A DNA stretch of 64,000 nt from Actinomycetes bacterium (GTDB lineage Bacteria; Actinomycetota; Acidimicrobiia; Acidimicrobiales; JAJYXR01): assembly GCA_021801795.1 (NCBI GenBank), contig JAJYXR010000007.1, forward strand, positions 5,048 through 69,047. Reading direction: 5' to 3'. A program made the translations under genes and the position numbers. The notes below the pieces were generated by a model. The model had not been told where the DNA came from and made no database searches. It saw only the letters and a program-made list of their open reading frames with translations. Positions 1 to 7,695 of this stretch are shown here, piece after piece (position 1 is the first letter of the stretch; the number at the start of each line of letters is the position of its first letter).

Positions 1-1721
1 GGGTAGGCCACGAGGCTCCCCTGAGCAGAGGGGTCCACCACCGTCAGGTTCGCCACCACCGCGCTGGCGTCCGCAGGCACTCCCGCTAGGCCTGATACCT
101 GCACAGCGAGGGGGCTCGATGCAGAGAGGGTCTTTCCCTCGCAGTTCGCCAGCGCCGCGCCCGAGAGTCCCGAGGGGTTCCCAGCCCGGGTGTCGCATAT
201 GCGCGCTGGAGAGGAGAGCGCGAAGTAGGCAGGCGACGGGGCGGTGTAGCTGAACTCGGGAGCGCCCGATGAAGGCGAGGTGCCAGCCGGGGTTATCACC
301 TGCACGGCCACGCTCGTCCCGGCGATACCGGGCGGGCTCAGGGCGCTCACCTGGTCAGCCGAAACGTCCACCACATGGCTGGCGACACTGCCCCCGAAGA
401 GCACGTAGGCGGCGTTCTGCAGGTTCGTGCCGGTCAGGGTCACCGTGGTGCCGCCGCCGGCAGGCCCGGAGGTAGGCGTGATGGAGCTGACGGAAGCCGG
501 TGCCTGGAGGGGCGGCGGAACGGGGAAGGGGTCCGCGCTGTAGGCGACCGTGGTGTAGCTGCTGGAACTCGAAGAGCGCCCGACCACGTAGCAGGCGGTC
601 CCCGCGCAGGAGACGCCTGAGAGGTCCTTTATTCCAGAGGGCAGCATGCTCCCCTCGTTCGTCCAGGAGGTACCGCCATCGGTGGTGACGAAAATCTTCT
701 GATACCCATGACCCCGGTTACCGCCTCGGTCGCCGACAGCCACGCAGTCAGCCGAGCTCACGCACGACACGCTGGTGAGCCCGCCAGAGATATCGGGAAG
801 AGCAGGAAGATCGGAGGTGACCACCTGCCACGTCGATCCGTCCCATACAGCCACATACTGTGTCTGGGCATTGCCGTAGAAAGGATCATTAGGGCCGACA
901 GCCATGCAGAAGCTCGCGCTCGGGCAGTCGACCGCGTGGAAGAGCGCGTCGGCGGTCGCAGGCAGGCCATTCGAGGCAGCCGTCCAGGTCTGCCCGCCGT
1001 TCGTGCTGATCGCAGCCGCCGGAGCCGACGCGGCACCGCTCTGGCCCTTGCCGACCACCATGCAGGTGAGCCCCACGCAGGAGACCCCGCCCGTGTAGTC
1101 CATGGAGGGAGGTAGGTTCGACGTCTCGTCGACCCAGGTGGACCCAGAGTCGTCGGTGTATGCGACGGCCACGCCAGCGTCGAAGTCGCCAGTGGCCACG
1201 CAGGTCCCCTGGCTCGCGCACGAGACCGAGGTGAGCCCGTCGAACGAAGAGCTGAACGCGCTCGACAGCGCGCTCGACTCGTCAGTCCAGGTCGAGCCGT
1301 TCCAGACGTCGACCGCTCCCTGCGGACTAGAGCTCGTCCCGCCCACGGCAATGCACCAGGAGAGACCCGGCGTGCACCACACCGAGTGGATGAGGTACCC
1401 AGACAGAGTGCCCGCCGAGGACTCGTTCGTCCAGGTGGTGCCAGAGTTCGTCGTCTCGGCTGCCGCCGGATACCCGCCGGTCACCATGCAGGTGCTCTGG
1501 CTCGTGCAGGTGACTCCGTTCAGGTCACGGATATTGGGCGTGGACTGGAGCTGCCAGGTGACCGCAGCAGAGGCTGCAGAGCCGCCGAGCTGCTCTGCCA
1601 CGAAGGTCACGCCGCCCGCCAGCAGGCCGCCACAGGCTGCCGCCAGAGCGAAGCGGGCTAGACCCCGCCTCTTCCTGGAGGTGCCAGAACTTCCCCGCTC
1701 TCGGTCGCTGCTGTCTCTCAT
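1..1721 (-). CDS. Secreted 7-unit Asp-box (BNR-like) beta-propeller + IPT/TIG + 'RICDTR' module protein; the 3' end runs off the window start (partial)
   Basis: Absent from the ORF track because it has no in-window stop. Hand translation from ATG 1721-1719 (SD GGAGGA at 1728-1733, 6-nt spacer) is stop-free for 573 codons down to position 3. The N-terminus MRDSSDRERGSSGTSRKRRGLARFALAAACGGLLAGG is signal-like. Seven ~50-aa units carry Asp-box-like motifs (NSGTTW, NGSTW, DDSGSTW, TNGGQTW, DGSTW, TDGGTSW) and a Cys pair (V[ST]C...C.AVG). ITPTSGPAGGGTTVTLTGTNL is IPT/TIG-like. The last ~70 codons (PARICDTRAGNPSGL...) match the C-terminal module of the 9018-14978 protein. Confidence 0.8.
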   Translation of the reverse strand, partial: MRDSSDRERGSSGTSRKRRGLARFALAAACGGLLAGGVTFVAEQLGGSAASAAVTWQLQSTPNIRDLNGVTCTSQSTCMVTGGYPAAAETTNSGTTWTNESSAGTLSGYLIHSVWCTPGLSWCIAVGGTSSSPQGAVDVWNGSTWTDESSALSSAFSSSFDGLTSVSCASQGTCVATGDFDAGVAVAYTDDSGSTWVDETSNLPPSMDYTGGVSCVGLTCMVVGKGQSGAASAPAAAISTNGGQTWTAASNGLPATADALFHAVDCPSASFCMAVGPNDPFYGNAQTQYVAVWDGSTWQVVTSDLPALPDISGGLTSVSCVSSADCVAVGDRGGNRGHGYQKIFVTTDGGTSWTNEGSMLPSGIKDLSGVSCAGTACYVVGRSSSSSSYTTVAYSADPFPVPPPLQAPASVSSITPTSGPAGGGTTVTLTGTNLQNAAYVLFGGSVASHVVDVSADQVSALSPPGIAGTSVAVQVITPAGTSPSSGAPEFSYTAPSPAYFALSSPARICDTRAGNPSGLSGAALANCEGKTLSASSPLAVQVSGLAGVPADASAVVANLTVVDPSAQGSLVAY

Positions 1722-1844
1722 GAAAGATCCTCCAGGTTTGGAACCAGACCGGGCTACCTGCCGAGCAACGCCACACAGCGGGCCAAGGCCACCAGGCAAT
1801 GAGGTGACCGCTCGGCCAAGTAGATCACGTTACCATGTCTGCTC

Positions 1845-2981
1845 GTGGAAGACGACACAGCTCACGATTGCGCCTCGCAGGCCACCAGCCGCCGGACACT
1901 GCTAGCCTCCTTCGGGGCGCTGGGTGGGGCACTGGCCGGAGGTGCGCTGCTGGGTGCCTGCGGGACGCCCGCTGCCACGCAGCGCTCTGGCCAGAGCGGG
2001 GTCTCGGGACGGCCTTCCCATCCACATCTGGTCCGCGTTCTCGCCGCAGCCTCCATCTACGCCACGGGCGTCCTCGGATACCTGGCCGGAGGATTCGAGC
2101 GAGCCAGTGGCTACCGGGTCGACCTCGCCACCTCGGGCGACGTCCTCCATAGTGCCATGCAGGGGCGAGCCGACCTGGTGATCTGCGACTACGTATACGG
2201 GGCGATCACCAAGGGACACCCGCGGGGCCACGGCCGCGGGGCCCACCAGGGGAGTGGGAACGGCACGGGGCCCGGCACAGGTCGGGGCGTCCCGGGCAGT
2301 GGCGCGGGTCGAGGGATTCCCGGCAGCGGCACAGGTCACGGCGTCCCGGCCGGCAGCACGGCCGGCAGCACGGGCAGTGGCACGGGGAAGGGGGGCGGGA
2401 TGCAGCCCGGCATCACCACCGAGTCCTTCGTCATGGGTGGCCATGGGCTCTGGCCTGCGCCGTTCCTGTCCATCTCCGCCATGATCGCGGGGCCTCCGTC
2501 GGACCCGGCCGGGATCCGGGGGGAGCCGAGCGCGGTGGCAGCCATCCAGCGAATCGCCGCCACGGCCAGCGCCTACGTCGTCCCCGGAGACCCCCTCGCG
2601 GCCTACCTGGACCAACTTCTCTTCACTCTCGGCAACGTCACCGAGGGCTCGTGGTGGGAGCCCACCACCATGACTGGCCAGGATGCTCTCGCTCTGGCGG
2701 CTGACAGGTCGGCCTACACCATCTGGAACGGCGGACCCATACCGGCGTCCCTGGCCAAGGCGGTGTTGCCGATGGTGACCACGGACCCGCTTCTCAGGCG
2801 TGACTTCGTGTCGGTGGTGGTGAACCCCGCCCGGGTTCCGGCGGTGAACGCCCTTGGAGCGGAGGCGCTCCAGAACTATCTGGTCGAACCCGACATCCAG
2901 GCCGCTGCTTACACTTACGGTATCTCCGGTGGGATGGGGATCCAGATGCTCCCCGACGGCAGCGACGACATCGCCGTCTAG
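1845..2981 (+). CDS. TAT-signal lipoprotein, TupA-like (tungstate/molybdate-type) periplasmic binding protein with a Gly-rich insertion
   Basis: GTG start. Twin-arginine motif SRRTLL is followed by lipobox LLGAC. HLVRVLAAASIYATGVLGYLAGGFERASGYRVDL..GRADLVICDY and ..IAGPPSDPAGI.. resemble TupA/PBP-type oxyanion binders. A ~65-aa insertion (nt ~2205-2403) carries repeated [VI]PGSG. Paralog of 7696-8919. Confidence 0.7.
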   Translation: MEDDTAHDCASQATSRRTLLASFGALGGALAGGALLGACGTPAATQRSGQSGVSGRPSHPHLVRVLAAASIYATGVLGYLAGGFERASGYRVDLATSGDVLHSAMQGRADLVICDYVYGAITKGHPRGHGRGAHQGSGNGTGPGTGRGVPGSGAGRGIPGSGTGHGVPAGSTAGSTGSGTGKGGGMQPGITTESFVMGGHGLWPAPFLSISAMIAGPPSDPAGIRGEPSAVAAIQRIAATASAYVVPGDPLAAYLDQLLFTLGNVTEGSWWEPTTMTGQDALALAADRSAYTIWNGGPIPASLAKAVLPMVTTDPLLRRDFVSVVVNPARVPAVNALGAEALQNYLVEPDIQAAAYTYGISGGMGIQMLPDGSDDIAV

Positions 2982-3066
2982 TAAAGTGATGCCTTACATA
3001 TACAGTCAGACTAAGACATTGAGCTGGGCATTCGTGATGCACTACCCACGGTGACGCAAGTGCTGC

Positions 3067-3095
3067 TTGACCAGATGGACCGCCTTCGCTAGCGT
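3067..3095 (+). promoter_or_regulatory. Candidate sigma-70-like promoter (TTGACC-17 nt-TAGCGT) giving a leaderless or near-leaderless transcript for the 3104 gene
   Basis: TTGACC at 3067-3072, a 17-nt spacer, and TAGCGT at 3090-3095. The ATG at 3104 lies only 8 nt after the -10 element and no SD is present. An unusually AT-rich stretch lies upstream at 2982-3040. Confidence 0.3.
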
Positions 3096-3103
3096 GACCG
3101 GCC

Positions 3104-4231
3104 ATGACCAAGTCGCCCTCTGCCATCCGAGGCACCAGGCCATCGGCTGTCGCAGCTCGCTGGGCGAGCCTCGTGCTGACAGCCGGCCTGGTTCTCGCAG
3201 CCTGTTCGTCGGCTGCCGGCTCTGGCAGTACTCACCAGGTGAAGACAAGCCGGAGTGCCACCAGCGCACCTGCCAGAGCCGTCTCACCACGGCCTGGCAC
3301 TGCCGACGTGGCCTTCGCCGGGAGCCTGCTGGCCCTGGACAACGAGGTGATAGGCCCTGGCTTCGAGCGTGCGACTGGCTACGGCTACACGGGCCGTGGA
3401 GGAGGGTCCATCGGCCTTGCCCACGAGATAGCAGCCGGCGAGATAGCTCCCGATGTCTTCGAGAGCGTGGGGGCCTCGCCCATATCTGTCCTGGAGCCGC
3501 GTTTTGCCACCTGGTCGGTGCAGCTCGCATCGAGTCCCCTCGTGATCGCATATAACCCGCGCTCTCCCTACGCGTCGACGTTCCGCTCGGTCGCATCCGG
3601 GCACGCCCCGCTGTCGGACGCGTTCGAGGCGATGGCCTCGAAGGGATTCCTGCTAGGCCGCACGAACCCGGCCACGGATCCCCAGGGGCAGGCCTTCGTG
3701 ATGATGATGGAGCTTGCACAGAGCTACCTGCACCTGCCGGCGGGCACCGTGGAACGCATACTCGGAACGGGCATCGTGAGCGGCCAGGGCGGTAACGAGA
3801 GCCAGATCTTCTCGGAGACCTCCCTGGACGCCCACCTGGAAGCTGGCCAGCTCGATGCAGCCAGTGCGTTTCTCTCACAGGCAGTCCAGCTCCACCTCGC
3901 CTACCTGAGGCTCCCGGCGTCCATCGACCTGGGCGACCCAGCCTACGCCTCAGCGTATGCGAAGGCTCACCTGGTGGTTCCAGGCGCCACGCCGGGCACC
4001 ACCACCACGGTGCACGGGGCACCCCTGGTGATAGACGCCACCACCATCACCGAGCCAGGCCAGAGCGCTGCGGACCGCGCAGCCGCTGCTGCCTTCGTCG
4101 CCTACCTGGCCTCCGCGCCCGGTAGGTCCTCTTTCGCTAAGGAAGGATTCTCCCTGGTGCCGGAGACCATCGCGGGCGATCACCGCGATGTCCCCAGGGC
4201 CGTCACCCAGGCGGTGGACGGCGCGTCCTAA
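3104..4231 (+). CDS. Molybdate/tungstate-type ABC transporter substrate-binding lipoprotein (WtpA/ModA-like)
   Basis: Signal peptide with lipobox LAAC. DVAFAGSLLALDNEVIGPGFERATGY...GGSIGLAHEIAAGEIAPDVFESVGA and LASSPLVIAYNP follow the WtpA/ModA-like SBP pattern. It is immediately followed by the permease and ATPase genes. Confidence 0.75.
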   Translation: MTKSPSAIRGTRPSAVAARWASLVLTAGLVLAACSSAAGSGSTHQVKTSRSATSAPARAVSPRPGTADVAFAGSLLALDNEVIGPGFERATGYGYTGRGGGSIGLAHEIAAGEIAPDVFESVGASPISVLEPRFATWSVQLASSPLVIAYNPRSPYASTFRSVASGHAPLSDAFEAMASKGFLLGRTNPATDPQGQAFVMMMELAQSYLHLPAGTVERILGTGIVSGQGGNESQIFSETSLDAHLEAGQLDAASAFLSQAVQLHLAYLRLPASIDLGDPAYASAYAKAHLVVPGATPGTTTTVHGAPLVIDATTITEPGQSAADRAAAAAFVAYLASAPGRSSFAKEGFSLVPETIAGDHRDVPRAVTQAVDGAS

Positions 4232-4243
4232 GAGCCTGAGGGC

Positions 4244-5083
4244 ATGACCCCGGACGCTGCATTGCCCCCCTATGGCGCCAGCATGCAGCGTCGTGCCAGG
4301 GCATCCAACGTCGCTGCTCTGCTCGCATCGGTGGTGGTGTGGCTGGCGCTACTCGGACCGCTCGGCGCGCTGCTGGTCCACATCTCCCCCACGGCCACAC
4401 GCGAGGCCCTCGGCGCACCGGGAGCACTCACCCCTCTGGTGACCTCGGTGGAGGCCAGCCTCGTCGCGCTGGCGGTGCTGGTAGTGGCGGGTACTCCCCT
4501 CGCGTGGATGATGGCCCGGGAACGCCTGCCGCTCCCGCGCCTGGTGGAGGCCGGCGTGCTCGTCCCGCTTCTCATGCCGCCCCTCGTGATCGGCCTCCTG
4601 CTCGTCTTCTTCCTCGGCCCCGCCACGCCACTTGGCGGCGCGCTCTCGCACCTCCACCTCTCGGCCTCGAACACCTTCTTCGCTCTCGTGGTCGCCGAGG
4701 TATACGAGGCGGCTCCCTACTATGTCCTGGGTGCCCAGAGCGCTTTTGCCTCGGTGGCCGTGGAGCTCGAGGAGAACGCCGCGCTGCTCGGCGATCCGTG
4801 GCGCCGTACACTCAGGCGCGTAACGCTGCCCCTGGCCGCTCCGGGACTGGCCACGGCACTCGCCACCGGATGGGCGCGGGCCATAGGAGCCTTCGGTGCG
4901 GTCATAGTCATCGCCTACCATCCCTACGGCTTGCCCATGCAGATCTGGGTGACCCTCCAGCAGAGCGGGCTGGCTGCGGCCCTGCCATTCGCCCTGCTGC
5001 TGGTCTTGGTCTCGCTTCCCCTGCCTCTCCTGGCCTTTTCCTGGAGCGCCAGGTCCAGGGTCGGGACGCGGGTGGCGACATGA
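4244..5083 (+). CDS. ABC transporter permease (ModB/WtpB/CysT-like)
   Basis: Polytopic hydrophobic protein with an EAA-loop-like LEENAALLGDPWRRTLRRVTLPLAAPGL. It lies between the SBP and ATPase genes. Confidence 0.85.
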   Translation: MTPDAALPPYGASMQRRARASNVAALLASVVVWLALLGPLGALLVHISPTATREALGAPGALTPLVTSVEASLVALAVLVVAGTPLAWMMARERLPLPRLVEAGVLVPLLMPPLVIGLLLVFFLGPATPLGGALSHLHLSASNTFFALVVAEVYEAAPYYVLGAQSAFASVAVELEENAALLGDPWRRTLRRVTLPLAAPGLATALATGWARAIGAFGAVIVIAYHPYGLPMQIWVTLQQSGLAAALPFALLLVLVSLPLPLLAFSWSARSRVGTRVAT

Positions 5084-5090
5084 GCACGCT

Positions 5091-6287
5091 GTGCGACCGC
5101 GGGGAGCCCCTCGGGTGACCTCTGGGCTGGACGTAGACGTCCGGGTGACGAGAAGGCACTTCGAGGTCTGCGCTCGCTTCGAGGTGCCCCCAGGGGAAAG
5201 GTTCGGCCTATTCGGGCCTTCGGGGGCGGGGAAGTCGACGGTGCTCTCTGCCATCGCCGGGCTCGTCGGGATCGACTCCGGCAGGATCGTGCTCGCGGGA
5301 AGGGTCCTCTCCGCCGCTCCCGCCGCCCGGACCACGGCGCGAGCGCGGCGGTCCCGGTCGGCTGGGGCAGGTGCCTTCAAGGTGCCGCTCCACATGCGAA
5401 GGGTCGGCCTGCTGCGCCAGAACGCGGGCCTCTTCCCGCATATGACCGTGGCGGCGAACATCGGTTACGGAACGGATCCCTCCACCGAGGACTCCGCGCA
5501 TGCAGTAGGGCACGCCGCGCGACTGGTGGGGGTGGAGAACCTTCTCGACGCTCACCCAGGGGCACTCTCCGGCGGCCAGCGCCAGCGCGTGGCACTCGCC
5601 CGGGTGCTCGCCAGCCGCTTCGAGGTACTGCTCCTGGACGAGCCCTTCAGCGGCCTCGACAGTGCCCTGCGCGTACGCCTCGCATCCCTCACCGCCGAGG
5701 AGGTATCCAGCCGGGCCGTACCCGCGGTGCTGGTGACACACGACCTGGCCGAGGCCCAGTCCTTCTGCTCGCAGGTGGGCGTGATGGACAGGGGGGAACT
5801 GCTGCAGGTGGGAGATCCCCTGGAGGTCGTCCTGCGTCCGGCCAGCGTGCCAGTGGCCCGGATGGTCGGCTACCGAGCATTCGTCCCGCTGGCGACGACC
5901 CTCCCCGTGACGTTCCCTGCAGCCCCCGCCAGATCGCTCCCGCTAGGCTCGCCAGCCGCCGGCAAGCCGTTCACCAGGCCTGGCCCCAGCGCCCATTGCC
6001 TCGTCGGGCTCCACCCCGACAGGATCACCATGGTGGACGAGGCCGATGCTTCGACGGCGGGCATCTCGGGCGGGCTCCAGATAGGGGCACGGGTCGCATC
6101 CTGCAGACCCGCGGGGGCGGGGTTCGAGGTCGATGTCGCCACTCCAGACGGCTCCACCGTGCCCTGCAGGCTGCCGACCGGCAGGCAGGTGCCCCAGAAC
6201 GGCGACCCATGCACGATACTGGTCGTCGATCCGCCACTCTTCGACGGCGACGGCCGTGCCCGCCCCAGCCAGGGGATGGAGAGCTGA
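5091..6287 (+). CDS. ABC transporter ATP-binding protein with a C-terminal TOBE-like domain (ModC/WtpC-like)
   Basis: Walker A GPSGAGKST, signature LSGGQRQRVALAR, Walker B LLLDEP. The C-terminal ~120 aa form a beta-rich TOBE-like extension. Confidence 0.85.
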   Translation: MRPRGAPRVTSGLDVDVRVTRRHFEVCARFEVPPGERFGLFGPSGAGKSTVLSAIAGLVGIDSGRIVLAGRVLSAAPAARTTARARRSRSAGAGAFKVPLHMRRVGLLRQNAGLFPHMTVAANIGYGTDPSTEDSAHAVGHAARLVGVENLLDAHPGALSGGQRQRVALARVLASRFEVLLLDEPFSGLDSALRVRLASLTAEEVSSRAVPAVLVTHDLAEAQSFCSQVGVMDRGELLQVGDPLEVVLRPASVPVARMVGYRAFVPLATTLPVTFPAAPARSLPLGSPAAGKPFTRPGPSAHCLVGLHPDRITMVDEADASTAGISGGLQIGARVASCRPAGAGFEVDVATPDGSTVPCRLPTGRQVPQNGDPCTILVVDPPLFDGDGRARPSQGMES

Positions 6288-6326
6288 TGGAGGCCTCGCA
6301 GGTAACAGGACTACCGGCTCGATAGC

Positions 6327-7631
6327 GTGGCTCTCGTGAAGGATCTGAACGACACCGGTGGAGGGACCGACCCCGGGCGAGCCGACGGGACGCCATCGCG
6401 TGCAAGCCGTCTCAGGCTCGCACGCCTGGCGCGTGGCCTGTCCCAAGACCAGCTCGCCGCCATGTCGGGCGTGACACGCCAGGCCGTAGCGGGCCTGGAA
6501 GCCGGTCGTTGGGATCCTTCGCTGAAGGTGGCGCTGAGGATGGCAGCCGCGCTCGCTACGTCGGTGGAGTCCCTATTCGCGTCTCCCGGTGCTGGCGCAG
6601 AGATAGAGGCTGTGCTGATATCTGGTGGCTCGGCACCGGGAGCGCCCCATGACGGCGAAACGGGCCATGCAGCGCCGGAGGGTTCGGAGACTGGCAGGGT
6701 GCTCCTCGCCCGGATCGGCCAGAGGATCAACGCATTTCCCCTCCTCGGAGATGCTGCCACCGCGGGGGGGTTTCGCCCAGCGCATGGCTACGTAGTCTCG
6801 GGTGCCTCCCACGGCGACTCGCGTCCCAGTGGCGAAGTGGCGCCCACTGGTCCGTACAGGACCGTGGCGGTGCGCGCCAGTGGATCGGGCTCGCTGGCCG
6901 ACCCAGCTCATGGGGGGACTCCCGCCGCCCGCGTGGTCGCCATAGCGGGCTGCGATCCAGCCATACCCCTCCTGGCGGGGCCCCTCGGGACACTCGACCC
7001 CCCGGTGGAGCTCCTCTGGTGGTCCTGCTCCAGTATCCGTGCCCTCGAGCTGCTGGCCGCCGGAGCGGTGCACGCAGCCGGGATGCATGTACGTTCGGAG
7101 CCATCCCATTCGTACAACACGCCACTGGCGCGCACTCTCTTCGCGAGCGAGGGTGCCGAGGTCATCGGCTTCGCCTCCTGGCGGGAGGGTCTCGTCATGA
7201 GGACTGACCTCGCTGGTGCGGTCGAGACGGTAGCCGACATCGCCCGGCTGGAGGTCCCTATCGCCAATAGGGAGCCCGGCTCCGAAGCCCGCGCGGTCCT
7301 CGAGCGCGAGTGTGCACGCCACGGTGTCGACCCCTCGACCCTGAGCGGGTACCGCTCCACCGTACAGGGACATCTGGAGGTGGCCTCTGCCCTACGGGCG
7401 GGCCTTGCCGGTGCGGGGGTAGCCAGCGAGCCAGCGGCCAGGGTCTACGGACTCTCCTTCGTGCCCATCACCACCGAGCGCTACGACATGGTCATCAGGG
7501 CACGACAGGTCCATCTGCCCGAGGTCCAGGCCCTCATACATGCTCTCGGGGATCCCGCCCTGAGTGAGCAGCTGGACGCCTTGCCCGGATATGACGCCTC
7601 TGCCTGCGGAACAGTCTTCGACATCTTCTGA
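6327..7631 (+). CDS. XRE-type HTH regulator fused to a periplasmic-binding-protein-like (oxyanion-sensing) domain
   Basis: N-terminal LARLARGLSQDQLAAMSGVTRQAVAGLEAGRWDPSLKVALRMAAAL is an HTH_3/XRE pattern. The C-terminal ~250 aa are PBP-like (..IAGCDPAIPLL.., ..TTERYDMVI..). This architecture commonly accompanies tup/mod loci. Confidence 0.7.
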   Translation: MALVKDLNDTGGGTDPGRADGTPSRASRLRLARLARGLSQDQLAAMSGVTRQAVAGLEAGRWDPSLKVALRMAAALATSVESLFASPGAGAEIEAVLISGGSAPGAPHDGETGHAAPEGSETGRVLLARIGQRINAFPLLGDAATAGGFRPAHGYVVSGASHGDSRPSGEVAPTGPYRTVAVRASGSGSLADPAHGGTPAARVVAIAGCDPAIPLLAGPLGTLDPPVELLWWSCSSIRALELLAAGAVHAAGMHVRSEPSHSYNTPLARTLFASEGAEVIGFASWREGLVMRTDLAGAVETVADIARLEVPIANREPGSEARAVLERECARHGVDPSTLSGYRSTVQGHLEVASALRAGLAGAGVASEPAARVYGLSFVPITTERYDMVIRARQVHLPEVQALIHALGDPALSEQLDALPGYDASACGTVFDIF

Positions 7632-7695
7632 TCCCATACCGGCTCCCACCCGCTGGTGAAGGAGCCGCCACCTCGCCTGCCGGTATGCTTCCCAG

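Noticed and set aside
2982-3103. Possible molybdenum-cofactor (Moco) riboswitch upstream of the oxyanion transporter
   Set aside because: The space is only ~120 nt and the conserved Moco-motif helices and loops are not recognisable. A promoter abutting the start codon is the better explanation.
3042-5461. Long minus-strand ORFs (3042-4022, 4349-5461) across the ABC transporter genes
   Set aside because: They have Arg/Pro-rich low-complexity translations and lie antisense to genes with clear SBP, permease and Walker motifs.
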